Program-made: the position numbers and the translations under genes
Notes under the pieces: generated by a model
What the model was told of the DNA's origin: nothing
The model's database searches: none
What the model saw: the letters and a program-made list of their open reading frames with translations, nothing else
Part shown: piece after piece, positions 9,679 through 19,754 of the stretch
Numbering within the stretch: the first letter of the stretch is position 1
Layout: each line of letters starts with the position of its first letter
Virus record (IMG/VR): IMGVR_UViG_3300045988_107814
Span: 96,001-160,000 of that record
Strand: one strand, 5' to 3'
Length of the DNA stretch: 64,000 nucleotides
Source of the DNA: a virus

Positions 9679-10383
9679 ATGAGTAGTTTAAAAAAGAAAA
9701 TGCAAGATTATAAAAATAAATATGGAGATATACCGCTAGATTATAAAGAACGTCTAGAATGGATGTGTGATAAATATAAAATATCTTCAAATGATATGGA
9801 TTATATTTTGTATGAGCGTGATAGAAGAATGAATTCTCTATATTATACTAGTATAAAAGTTATATTATATCAAGTACCTCAAGGTGCTAAACGTCCTAGA
9901 TATAGGTTTGTTAATAGAAAAAATCTTGTGTCAGCGGCTATTTCAGATCCAGGCTACATACATGTATATTCTCCTGACGCTGCTAGTAACCACGATTATA
10001 TGAAAAGGCTTGTAAATGAACAAGAATTCATACAATTAGAACATCTTATTTGTACTCCATGTGATGTTTGCTATAAAGCCTATTTCCCTACGCCTAAATC
10101 ATATAATAAGACTGAAACGTTTATGGCTGAAATAGGACTCGATAGACCACTAGTAAAACCAGATTTTGATAATATAGAAAAACTATATGCAGATATGTAT
10201 AATAGTAATGTATGGATTGATGATGCTCTTACTGTAGATGCTGCAATAGGAAAATTCTATTCTATATTACCAAGAGTTGAAATTGATCTTAATTATCTTA
10301 ATGCTGTATATTGTAAGCAGCAATATGATAATATAACAAGTAGAAAAGATTATAAAGAAAACATGAACTTATCATTTATTTAA
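9679..10383 (+). CDS. rusA: RusA-like Holliday-junction resolvase with an N-terminal extension
   Basis: KPDFDNIEKLYADMYNSNVWIDDALTVDAAIGKFY matches the RusA core D-x-DN-x-x-K...W-x-DD-x-x-V. AAGGAGG RBS. Confidence 0.65.
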   Translation: MSSLKKKMQDYKNKYGDIPLDYKERLEWMCDKYKISSNDMDYILYERDRRMNSLYYTSIKVILYQVPQGAKRPRYRFVNRKNLVSAAISDPGYIHVYSPDAASNHDYMKRLVNEQEFIQLEHLICTPCDVCYKAYFPTPKSYNKTETFMAEIGLDRPLVKPDFDNIEKLYADMYNSNVWIDDALTVDAAIGKFYSILPRVEIDLNYLNAVYCKQQYDNITSRKDYKENMNLSFI

Positions 10384-10398
10384 GAAAGAGGTAAAGAA

Positions 10399-10779
10399 AT
10401 GAATACTTTTGTCAGAACTTCAAATGTTAAATCTATCAATCAAATAAGAAAATATCTATGGGAAAATGTATATTCTAAATTTCCAAACTTAGATAGATTA
10501 GTTAAACTCATTGGTGAGGAAATTAAAAACAATTATTCTATAGAAATAGAATCATTCCAGATTTATTTTCAGTCAATGAGTATGAATATTATATTTGCAC
10601 AAGATATTGTATATGATAGTAATTTATTAACATGCATTCATAAAGGATATAAAAAATATGTTCAAGAAACTGTTGGTAAATTAAAAGACGACGAAATGAA
10701 TAATGCTTGGTTAAGCAATTATGATAAATTTACTATTGTTACATTTAAAGGAAGACGAGAACTTATTATTGGATTATAA
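10399..10779 (+). CDS. Hypothetical protein, 126 aa
   Basis: ORF with a GAGG RBS, 15 nt after the preceding stop. Confidence 0.75.
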   Translation: MNTFVRTSNVKSINQIRKYLWENVYSKFPNLDRLVKLIGEEIKNNYSIEIESFQIYFQSMSMNIIFAQDIVYDSNLLTCIHKGYKKYVQETVGKLKDDEMNNAWLSNYDKFTIVTFKGRRELIIGL

Positions 10780-10783
10780 AAAT

Positions 10784-10811
10784 TGCAGGTAACCGATTAA
10801 GGTTACCTGCA
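10784..10811. terminator. Bidirectional terminator between convergent genes
   Basis: TGCAGGTAACC-gattaa-GGTTACCTGCA (11-bp perfect stem), A/T runs on both sides, placed between the stops at 10779 (+) and 10818 (-). Confidence 0.75.
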
Positions 10812-10817
10812 TATATT

Positions 10818-11777
10818 TTACTTCTTCATATCTTTAAGCATCTTTTCAATATATGCTTCATCAACATTAATAATCTTTAAAGAATCTAATGCAGTTACAA
10901 ATGTACAAATAGTTTCACAATGTTCAACAATCTTATCCATATTAAGTCTGGAATTATCAACAAATACTTTACCAGCAGATTCATTTACAATAGCCGCTTT
11001 GGAAAGAGTGTATACCATTTGTTCCAGTACATTTTTAGTCTTACTGTTTCTAATATCAGTTGCTCTTCTCTTACCCAAAGCAATGTAACCTTCTTCAATT
11101 TTAGCAGCTTTCTCTTGTTCTTTCTTGCTGTTTACTTTATCGGCAAGTTTCTGTTTGTTATTTTCAACTTTCTGCTGAGTCTTAGATAAGGATGCTGCAA
11201 GTTCTGCTTTTTCACTCATATTAGTATTCATGAATTCAGCGGCTTGATCTTGTACTCTGTCAGTAATCTTATCAACAGCATCACCAACTTCAATCTTACT
11301 TAGCTTATCATAAAACTTGTCCTTATCTTTCTTATCAGGTTTAAAAGATTCAGGATTATCTTTATCAGCTCTTTCAAGAATAGACTCTACTGTAGTTTCA
11401 ATTACATATGCCATCTCAGACATAATATAAGAAGTACCTCTAAATTTCTTTAAAAGCTTCATAGAACCTTCTTCATTTACAAAGTTTGTTACTAACTGTC
11501 TTACTAACTTTTGATGATACTGTTCTCTTACAAGTACAGGATTTAAACAGTTATCTACAATAGCTACTAATCCTTCAGTAACATATGCATCAGTAAGCTT
11601 CTTTTTATAATCAATATAAGAATAATCTACTCTATTACGAGAATTAAGTTTATTCCAAATAGCAGCTCTGTCTGCGGCTTCAGATAAATAGGCTAATCTT
11701 TCTTTAGATTGATTGTAACTTTGTTTAGCCTCTTTTCTTGCAGCAGCTTCAAGCATAAGTTTAGTATCTTCGTACAT
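10818..11777 (-). CDS. Hypothetical K/E-rich, probably coiled-coil protein, 319 aa
   Basis: ORF with an AAGGAGG RBS. It is the last gene of the 438-aa / 1473-aa / 319-aa minus-strand operon. Confidence 0.85.
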   Translation of the reverse strand: MYEDTKLMLEAAARKEAKQSYNQSKERLAYLSEAADRAAIWNKLNSRNRVDYSYIDYKKKLTDAYVTEGLVAIVDNCLNPVLVREQYHQKLVRQLVTNFVNEEGSMKLLKKFRGTSYIMSEMAYVIETTVESILERADKDNPESFKPDKKDKDKFYDKLSKIEVGDAVDKITDRVQDQAAEFMNTNMSEKAELAASLSKTQQKVENNKQKLADKVNSKKEQEKAAKIEEGYIALGKRRATDIRNSKTKNVLEQMVYTLSKAAIVNESAGKVFVDNSRLNMDKIVEHCETICTFVTALDSLKIINVDEAYIEKMLKDMKK

Positions 11778-11810
11778 ATTACAATCCTCCTTTTGATATT
11801 ATTAATATGT

Positions 11811-14800
11811 TTAAGAGGTTACTACACGTATGTTTATATACGGTGTACCATCCAAATCATCTGTATCTACATGCAAGAATTCTGGAACCATAGATAACAT
11901 TTCCATATTCTCAGTAGATATAATATGCTGATTAATAGCATCATAAATATTGAATGAAACGAATTCAAAATAAATAAGATATTCAGCAAATTCAGATTCT
12001 ATCATAGTAGTAATGTTCGGGAAGTGGATATCATCTAATTGATCAAGTTTCTCAAGATATCCCTTAATACTATCCTTAATATTAGTTATAATGCTAGCAG
12101 CATCGCTATCTTCATTATAGAACTTAGCTCTAAATGTCATAGTCAATGCAACGTTATCAATCAACTCTGTTGTAGCATCTCCATCATCATCTGTCAAGTG
12201 ATACATATTAGATGGGCCGTAAGTATTGAAGAACTTATAATCTAAACCAAATGTACATTCCAATGGAGAAATAGCATCAAGAACATAGTTAATCTTCTTC
12301 TTCATTTCTTTAATAAATGTATTAACTCTTTCTTCAGTATTCCAATAAAAATATCTTACACAAGGTACTCTATTAATAATATAAGATTCAATCTGATCAT
12401 TAGCAGGACTAAAGATATCATTTGTCTTAATAGAAGTCACATAAGAATTCATTATATTAGAATAGTCATATAGTAAGTTAATACCCTGATAAGTACTATA
12501 TACATTTGTCAATACCATCTGTCTTAATGTATAATTATCAATATATCCAGATTCTTCTTTCTCTACAGGAATAGTCATAGTAAACTCAGTATTTTGCGGT
12601 ACAGAATTATATAGAGATTCAGACTTAGAATTATTAATAGCTACATATTGACTTGTTAATCCATCTGTATATGTCTTAGGAGTTGGAATATCATACTTGT
12701 ATAAAACAAATATCTTCATTTCAGTGTTTAGATTTAAATAAGCACTAGATGCATAGAATTTGGATCCTCTTAAATTATCTAACCAACCACTCTTAAGCAT
12801 TTGATCATAATCTACAGGACGAGCATTATTAGCATCTGTATAGAAGCATCTATATCTTTCATAGAATAGCTTCTTTGCTTCTTCTGTATTTAATGGATCA
12901 TCTCCACCAATCTCATTAGCAATTTCATCCAATACTTCTTTTACACCAATATAAACATCGTTATTATCATCTATAATATCAGTAATATCTAAATCTTTAT
13001 CTTCTTTAGATGATGTGGTAAATGGTCTAGAATACAAATTAACTTCATATGGAATACCATTTGCAAAATCATCATCACCAGTAGTAGATCCAACATACTG
13101 AGCAATAGAATACATTATTGGTTTGGAAGCCGTATTATTTTTACCTTTCTTATAGAATACTGCAATTACTTGAGTTCTATTGATCATATTATTATCTATA
13201 GATCCGGTGTTTGGTTTTAAGTTTATACTAATTGTATACTTATATCTATTATCAGACAGATAAGAAGTTCTACAAGTTTTAACACTAGGAAGAATAAACT
13301 GTACTGGAGATTTACTATTAATACAATCAAATTCTTGATATCTTGTTTCGTTAATAATATCAAGATAATAGGATGCTGTAATTCTATGAGAATCTATCTC
13401 AGCATTATCTTTAAGAACTATACTTAATGGTGTAGTATATAAGAACTTAGTTATCTTAGATATTAGCACAATATAAGTACTGTCGAAATTCTTTTGATCA
13501 TCTGAAATGCTAGGAATAATATATCTATAGTGAGCAAGATCACCAATTTCAGTTTGTTCATTTACCATAACTTCTATACTTATAATCTTGCCATCATTCT
13601 TTTCTATAGATAATACTTCACCTAAAGTCCAAGTAGACGGATCTTTATAATAGAAACTTGAATTTATATCAGATCCATTATAAGTACTAAATCTAATCAA
13701 GTCCCCTTCAGTTAATGTCATAGAATCGAAGTTATATTTACCCTGACCATCATAAGAATACACATCAATAGTATTAATAGAATCTAGAATTAACCATGTA
13801 TTACTACCACCGTTAATATATCTAGATATAATATTGTTATAGAACGTCTCTATATAGCATATTTTATTATCATAACTTAAAGATCTTATATCTGTAAAAT
13901 AATCAGGTACCCAGACATTTCTATTAATATTCTCTGGATTTAATACAGTTACAGGTGCTTCAGAGAATTTAGTTGTCGAATCTACAAATGATATATTTGT
14001 ATACCAAAGATAGAAATTAACATTAATATCAGTTGTATTATTACCACTTACAATAAGATCAAAAGGTATGTCTATTACACATTTATTTTCTTTATCTACT
14101 ACATTTCCAGAAGTATCAAATACTCTTGGTCTATAGAATCTTACGGCAGTAATAAGATCATCATATTCAGAATTAACTTGTATAGATGATACGGTATATT
14201 TATAACTTCCATCATCATTAGTAGTTCGTACTAATCTTACAGTTAGATATTTACCATTTTCTGAATTAGGGTCATCAGATATTACTCGTCCACTAGTAGA
14301 ATTTTCGTATACGATTACTTTAGCAGCAGATAATTCAGCTACATCTCTCTTTGGAAAGTGAGTAGTGGTTGTTATACTTCCATTTACTTCTTTCCATTCT
14401 ATTTCCAAATCATGAATATCCATATAGTCAGATCCCATAGGAAAGAAAGTTAATAATAATGTGTTTAGAGACATCTTCACATTACGAAGATTACAATTTC
14501 TACATGTACCATAAAACCAATTATCATATAATTCTTCTTTACTAGGCTGCATATTCTTTATATTTTTAGAATAGAATGGTTTAAAATATACAGAAGAATT
14601 CTCATGAAAATCATAAGATAATTCTGGTTTCTTTGTTTTATATTCAAAATCAGGAATATCTAACTCATGTTCAAAAGATGTTCTATATGGTGACTTAGCC
14701 CACATAGCCATACTTTCATCAGTGGGTGTTCCTTGATAAGTTGTATAACCATCTACGTCATAAAAAGAATAGTTTGTTTCTACATTAGATACTTTCTGTT

Positions 14801-16232
14801 GTAAATATCCAATAAAATTATTCTTAAGTAATGGTAAATTTGCTCCATTACCAAACTTATAGTAATATATAGGAGTGCCACTTTCTAGATAGATCTTTCC
14901 ATTATATGAATCTCGTCTAGTACTTTCAATATAAATAGGAATAGTGTTTGTAGGAACAATATTTAATTGAGAATCTTTCATTAAGTTATATATATAATAT
15001 ACTCTATCTAATATATTATCTTCTTTTCTAAATACATGAAGAACAGAGTTTTCATTATTAAGACTATTAAAGAAATTTCTCAAGTCAGTAAGAGTTGTTA
15101 TACTTCCTCTAGATAAAGCTTCTTTAGGAATAATATGTTGTAGCTGTTCAATAGTCTGTCGATCAAGTCCTCCTGTAGAACCATCCTCACCTCTTTGAGC
15201 TACAATTACATATAGATTAGTGTATCTATCTGAAGTTAATCGTATTGTCTTTTCTTCAGAATATTCAAAGTTACCAGCAGAACCATCAGTAGTATATAGC
15301 TGAATTACTATATCAGAGTTTGCAGGTGGTTGATAATTAGTAGGATCAAATCTAATTCTTATCGTATTACTATTAATATACTGATAATAGCAATACTTTT
15401 GTTCTGCTATCTCTTGATTATATAATCCATCATATACTGGATTAAGATATACTGTTTTTCCTTCACTATCTGTAGAAGAATCAGAAGGTTCTTTTACAAG
15501 TACACTAAAGTGACTCATCTGTTTATCAAATGAGAAATTAATAGTTTTATTAGCAATCACATCAGAATCAAGAATCTTTTCATTAATCTCTTTATAATAA
15601 ACTTGATGTAAATTAGTTGATAATACAACCATGTTGTCTTCTTCATAATTAAAAATAGAAATAGGTGGTAAGAAAGGATTCTCAAGATCAGATATCGGAT
15701 TCTTGTGATCCATATTATACGTCGCTGTATATACATAATTACGATCACTACCATTTGTACTATCATTAAGATTTACATAATTAATAGTGATATCATAATC
15801 TGGATGAAATTCAAACTCATCAAACTTTAATGGTGTATCGGCAGTAAGAGTAAACTTACCATCTATCATATTTGCCTTTAATGCTTTTTCTGGAAACATC
15901 AAAAGTACTTTCATATTAGCCGCCGTAGCAGCTACTTTTTCAACACCAAGAGATAATGCATGAGTGATAACATTTCTATCAAACTTAGCTCTTGTTGGTA
16001 TAGCTTCATTTGATAACTCAGATGCAGTTACTATAGCATTTTGTAATAAAGACGAGAATTGATATCCTAGATAACCGTACATACCAATCATTAAAGTTTC
16101 TTTTGTATCTCCGTCTTTAGTGATACCATCTATATTTACTTTCTTTATATTATCTACAAACTTAGTAATATCATATATATCAGAATTAAGAATCTTCTGT
16201 GATGTCGTTTCTTCAGTTTTTTTTACAGACAT
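11811..16232 (-). CDS. Hypothetical large protein, 1473 aa (a virion role is likely only from size and context)
   Basis: 4.4-kb uninterrupted ORF with an AAGGAGG RBS. No catalytic motif recognised. Confidence 0.85.
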   Translation of the reverse strand: MSVKKTEETTSQKILNSDIYDITKFVDNIKKVNIDGITKDGDTKETLMIGMYGYLGYQFSSLLQNAIVTASELSNEAIPTRAKFDRNVITHALSLGVEKVAATAANMKVLLMFPEKALKANMIDGKFTLTADTPLKFDEFEFHPDYDITINYVNLNDSTNGSDRNYVYTATYNMDHKNPISDLENPFLPPISIFNYEEDNMVVLSTNLHQVYYKEINEKILDSDVIANKTINFSFDKQMSHFSVLVKEPSDSSTDSEGKTVYLNPVYDGLYNQEIAEQKYCYYQYINSNTIRIRFDPTNYQPPANSDIVIQLYTTDGSAGNFEYSEEKTIRLTSDRYTNLYVIVAQRGEDGSTGGLDRQTIEQLQHIIPKEALSRGSITTLTDLRNFFNSLNNENSVLHVFRKEDNILDRVYYIYNLMKDSQLNIVPTNTIPIYIESTRRDSYNGKIYLESGTPIYYYKFGNGANLPLLKNNFIGYLQQKVSNVETNYSFYDVDGYTTYQGTPTDESMAMWAKSPYRTSFEHELDIPDFEYKTKKPELSYDFHENSSVYFKPFYSKNIKNMQPSKEELYDNWFYGTCRNCNLRNVKMSLNTLLLTFFPMGSDYMDIHDLEIEWKEVNGSITTTTHFPKRDVAELSAAKVIVYENSTSGRVISDDPNSENGKYLTVRLVRTTNDDGSYKYTVSSIQVNSEYDDLITAVRFYRPRVFDTSGNVVDKENKCVIDIPFDLIVSGNNTTDINVNFYLWYTNISFVDSTTKFSEAPVTVLNPENINRNVWVPDYFTDIRSLSYDNKICYIETFYNNIISRYINGGSNTWLILDSINTIDVYSYDGQGKYNFDSMTLTEGDLIRFSTYNGSDINSSFYYKDPSTWTLGEVLSIEKNDGKIISIEVMVNEQTEIGDLAHYRYIIPSISDDQKNFDSTYIVLISKITKFLYTTPLSIVLKDNAEIDSHRITASYYLDIINETRYQEFDCINSKSPVQFILPSVKTCRTSYLSDNRYKYTISINLKPNTGSIDNNMINRTQVIAVFYKKGKNNTASKPIMYSIAQYVGSTTGDDDFANGIPYEVNLYSRPFTTSSKEDKDLDITDIIDDNNDVYIGVKEVLDEIANEIGGDDPLNTEEAKKLFYERYRCFYTDANNARPVDYDQMLKSGWLDNLRGSKFYASSAYLNLNTEMKIFVLYKYDIPTPKTYTDGLTSQYVAINNSKSESLYNSVPQNTEFTMTIPVEKEESGYIDNYTLRQMVLTNVYSTYQGINLLYDYSNIMNSYVTSIKTNDIFSPANDQIESYIINRVPCVRYFYWNTEERVNTFIKEMKKKINYVLDAISPLECTFGLDYKFFNTYGPSNMYHLTDDDGDATTELIDNVALTMTFRAKFYNEDSDAASIITNIKDSIKGYLEKLDQLDDIHFPNITTMIESEFAEYLIYFEFVSFNIYDAINQHIISTENMEMLSMVPEFLHVDTDDLDGTPYINIRVVTS

Positions 16233-16254
16233 AGTTAACCTCCTTTACTAAGCA

Positions 16255-17571
16255 TTAATTAACCCATAATAATCTATGAAATTCAGCAGATTTATCATTT
16301 GTATTTTGACCAGTTCTTAATGAACTACCCTTAAATATTTTTCCATCAGATGTCATTACTAATGGAAGACCAACCCAAGTTTTACCATCAGCAATAGTAT
16401 TTATTTCGCCCCAATGAGCAATAGCTTTTGTAATAGAACTAGAATAAGCTGATATATCCATAGATCTTGATGTAAGATAATTTAATTCTGCTAAATTAAT
16501 AGGATCCATATCTTTTACAAATTGTGCTTTCCAGTTAACAGTAAATTTAATATTACCTTCGATATTAGATATTGTTCCTCTAGGCACAGACATTGGAGTG
16601 CATCCTGTAGCTTTTGCCCAATACATAATTCTACCAGTATCATCAACAATAACTTTCCAAATAGATAACGCTTCTGGATATATCTTATTTATAATATAAT
16701 CATATCTAGTTGGCATTATCTCTTCCATGTATTTGGCTCTAAAATATTCATCATATATCTTAAATAACATATATACATCTAAATATTTGGTATCTTTAAA
16801 TTCTAAAGTAAAATCATATTGAAGGTCAGAAGCAATAGAACCTTCTCTATAACTTGTATTAATTTGATATAAGTTTTGATTATTTAATACATCTGTAGCT
16901 GTAATATCAGGTAAATCAAATGTACTAGTAACCATATTTGATAACAACGGAATAAATTTATTACTCAAATCGATATTTACACCACCATAATCACGAGTTC
17001 CAGCTTTACCTCCAAAACATTGCTGTAGTGAGTAATAACTTAGTTTATATCTATTAAATGCTTCTATAAAAAATGGTATACTCTTAAGCTTACTATACAT
17101 TTTATATGGTTCACCAGTTTCTACTAAATGCAGATCAGGTCTAGAGAAAAACAAGTATTCTCTAGTTCCAGTAACAAGTTCATGTGTAGGATCTAGATAA
17201 CCATATCTGCTGAACTTATTAAACCTATTATTTAGCATATCTTCTGGATCAGATAATGTACTTCCGTATAGCATATTATTATATTGGCTATCTGTAAATC
17301 TCATATCAGATGCTTTAAAATTTTTTATTTTAGAATTTACAGTTTCTTTTTTACCTTCACCTGTTACAATATATTTACTATAATCCCAGGATGTTTTATA
17401 ATTATCGTCATCTGTATTTTCTATTCCATCTACACCATTATCAACTCTTTCTTTAACAATATGTGCATAATCAGATGTGTGTTCATTCCAACCAGCTAAC
17501 TCTGAAGCATAATTCAAATCTTTCCCTTTATGATAAGTATTCATAAAAGAAAACTTTGCATCTGTCGACAT
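16255..17571 (-). CDS. Hypothetical protein, 438 aa
   Basis: ORF with an AAGGAGG RBS; first gene of the minus-strand operon. Confidence 0.85.
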   Translation of the reverse strand: MSTDAKFSFMNTYHKGKDLNYASELAGWNEHTSDYAHIVKERVDNGVDGIENTDDDNYKTSWDYSKYIVTGEGKKETVNSKIKNFKASDMRFTDSQYNNMLYGSTLSDPEDMLNNRFNKFSRYGYLDPTHELVTGTREYLFFSRPDLHLVETGEPYKMYSKLKSIPFFIEAFNRYKLSYYSLQQCFGGKAGTRDYGGVNIDLSNKFIPLLSNMVTSTFDLPDITATDVLNNQNLYQINTSYREGSIASDLQYDFTLEFKDTKYLDVYMLFKIYDEYFRAKYMEEIMPTRYDYIINKIYPEALSIWKVIVDDTGRIMYWAKATGCTPMSVPRGTISNIEGNIKFTVNWKAQFVKDMDPINLAELNYLTSRSMDISAYSSSITKAIAHWGEINTIADGKTWVGLPLVMTSDGKIFKGSSLRTGQNTNDKSAEFHRLLWVN

Positions 17572-17639
17572 TGTTTATCCTCCTTTCTTCCTATTCTCAG
17601 GATTTATTATGATGTTCAACCTGGTAAAGTAATACACAT

Positions 17640-17683
17640 TTATATACTATTATAATGATAAAAATAAAGTATATCATTTTAAC
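17640..17683 (+). promoter_or_regulatory. Phage promoter-like box, copy E (TATATACTATTATAATGATAA ... TATATCATTTT)
   Basis: Shares the TATATA-N2-3-TTATA(G/A)NGA(A)TAA ... TATATCA pattern with boxes at 42936, 48803, 32373(-) and 60684(-). In the leader, CCTATAAC (17686-17693) is complementary to GTTATAGG (17740-17747), which overlaps the SD. Confidence 0.4.
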
Positions 17684-17758
17684 ACCCTATAACTTCAAAG
17701 AAAAGGTTGTACAAAAATAGTACGAAAATTTTATTCAATGTTATAGGAGGATTTTATT

Positions 17759-18100
17759 ATGAATACAATTGACATGCATAACGGTATGGTGAACAACATG
17801 GAATGGGATGCAAAAAAATCTGCCGAGTTAGCTGCAATTCACAATAAACGTTATAATGAATGTATTAATAATGATAGACAAAATAATCAATCTTATAGTA
17901 ATACAGATATGTCTTCTATTAATCGAAGACTCGATTCTATTGAAAGAAAGATTGATAATTTGCGAAATCTTATCGTTAATAGTACATCAAATAACGGTGA
18001 GTTATTTATATTTGCTCCAAAGAAAAATATTAATGCTGGAGTTTCATTTGGTCTTACCGAAGCACAATTTAATGCTCTGCTAAAACGTATTTCAAAATAA
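17759..18100 (+). CDS. Hypothetical protein, 113 aa
   Basis: ORF with a TAGGAGG RBS. Confidence 0.75.
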   Translation: MNTIDMHNGMVNNMEWDAKKSAELAAIHNKRYNECINNDRQNNQSYSNTDMSSINRRLDSIERKIDNLRNLIVNSTSNNGELFIFAPKKNINAGVSFGLTEAQFNALLKRISK

Positions 18101-18170
18101 CAGATGTCGTTAGTTGATATACTTTATTTTTTTGAACATTCCTATAAAATTCGAACAAGGAGGTAAAAAT

Positions 18171-19730
18171 ATGTACGGAAGAGAATACTTTCATGAATCT
18201 GCTGTTCGAGATATTGTAGATATTTTAACTTCTCTTAAAGATTATGATGAAGTACAATTCATCAATAATGCCAAAACAAATAGAAGTTTCAAGTCTATTA
18301 CATCCGCAACAAAAGATTTAATTCTTACTTTCCCAATAATGGTAAGCTCTGATATTGAACCAGACAATGCTATTATGATTGCTAAGGCACATGAGAAAAA
18401 AATGGCATCATTACTTCATATTCTTTTTACTGCTATTAGTGTAGGAAATAATGAAGATGTTTTCGATTATGTCAAAAAATTCCATTCTAACATGGGTAGT
18501 ATGAATGGTACACTTGACGACTATGTTGATAGTCTTGATAGAATGGCTAATACATTCGGTGAATCATATGATCAAACTCTTAAAATTGATAAAGCTGTGT
18601 TAAATACTGTACTTGAAGATTTAAAAGAGTCTAATTATGTTTTACCTGATGACACTAAAGAAGCTAGTCTTGAATCTTTTAAAATTATTCCTGGTTATCG
18701 TACAGGAATGAATGATATGATTATTCAAGAAGCAAAATCTAAATCTAATAGAAATGGTGATATTTTTTTTAAAGATGAAAGAGAAGCTGCTGGGTATATT
18801 TCTGGTCGTGGTTTATCATTAGATTATGATATTTCCAAACTTGATTCAGATTATCCAGACGGTACAAAATTTCCTGATGGTACACTTGCTAGTAATTATA
18901 CAAGAAGTAGACTTAGAACTGCATTTACTACGATGAACTATGAAGAAAAACACAATAAATCAAATGATAATCATTATGTATCTAAAATGAACTATAAATC
19001 TGGATTTGCAAGTGATAAAGACTATGCAGATTATTTAAAGAATATGACAGATTATCATGGAAAAGTAATTCTAAATAATGAATACAAAAAAGCTAATGAA
19101 CTTCAGCCTACTATGATGGTAGTTAATTTTATGCGTCATTCTGAAGAAAATGGTGATCATATTAACACAGCTGTAATCGGTATTAAAGCTAAAATTTATC
19201 CAGTTTCTTCTGCTGATATTTGTAACAGAATTTCTAGTAAGCTTGATGATAAAAATGTACTTACTAATTTTGTAAGAGCTACTACAAATGAAATTGCATT
19301 TTTCCGAGATTTCTTATTTGCTATTGATAAGGCTAAAATCGATGCTACTTCTTATAGTAAGAAAGCTACATCTAATAAGCTTTGGAAAGTTCTAGAAAGA
19401 AGATCTCAAAAGAGTAAGTTTAGACGTTCATTAAAGATGTATAATGATGCTACAGCAATTTCTACTCTAGTGTTATCTGAGAACGATGTAGAATATCTAA
19501 AGAAAGTTAATGATGTAGATATTCTAAATGTAGGTAAAGCTAGAAAGATTTTAGATGCATATAACTTTATGTGTATCTGTATTCTCAATCAGTCTACAGA
19601 AGTTGCGTCTATTCTCTATGATACTGGTGACGATACTTACGAGATGATTCCTTTCTCTGGACTTGAAAGAGAAGCTAGTGATAATAGTTATAAGAAGATG
19701 GTAAATCTTCTATCTAAGGTTAGTAGATAA
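18171..19730 (+). CDS. Hypothetical protein, 519 aa
   Basis: The track ORF starts at 18114, but AAGGAGGTAAAAAT precedes the ATG at 18171 (MYGREYF...), so I take 18171 as the start. Confidence 0.85.
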   Translation: MYGREYFHESAVRDIVDILTSLKDYDEVQFINNAKTNRSFKSITSATKDLILTFPIMVSSDIEPDNAIMIAKAHEKKMASLLHILFTAISVGNNEDVFDYVKKFHSNMGSMNGTLDDYVDSLDRMANTFGESYDQTLKIDKAVLNTVLEDLKESNYVLPDDTKEASLESFKIIPGYRTGMNDMIIQEAKSKSNRNGDIFFKDEREAAGYISGRGLSLDYDISKLDSDYPDGTKFPDGTLASNYTRSRLRTAFTTMNYEEKHNKSNDNHYVSKMNYKSGFASDKDYADYLKNMTDYHGKVILNNEYKKANELQPTMMVVNFMRHSEENGDHINTAVIGIKAKIYPVSSADICNRISSKLDDKNVLTNFVRATTNEIAFFRDFLFAIDKAKIDATSYSKKATSNKLWKVLERRSQKSKFRRSLKMYNDATAISTLVLSENDVEYLKKVNDVDILNVGKARKILDAYNFMCICILNQSTEVASILYDTGDDTYEMIPFSGLEREASDNSYKKMVNLLSKVSR

Positions 19731-19754
19731 ATTATAGAAAGGAGGTTTATATAA

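Noticed and set aside
18114-18170. Longer N-terminal extensions given by the ORF track at 18114, 33825, 37029, 39168, 39727, 42204, 43059, 55880, 57327, 59067 and 59824.
   Set aside because: In each case a strong AGGAGG-type SD sits 6-10 nt before an internal ATG. The upstream 'start' is either a non-ATG codon, lies inside a terminator or leader structure, or lacks an SD.
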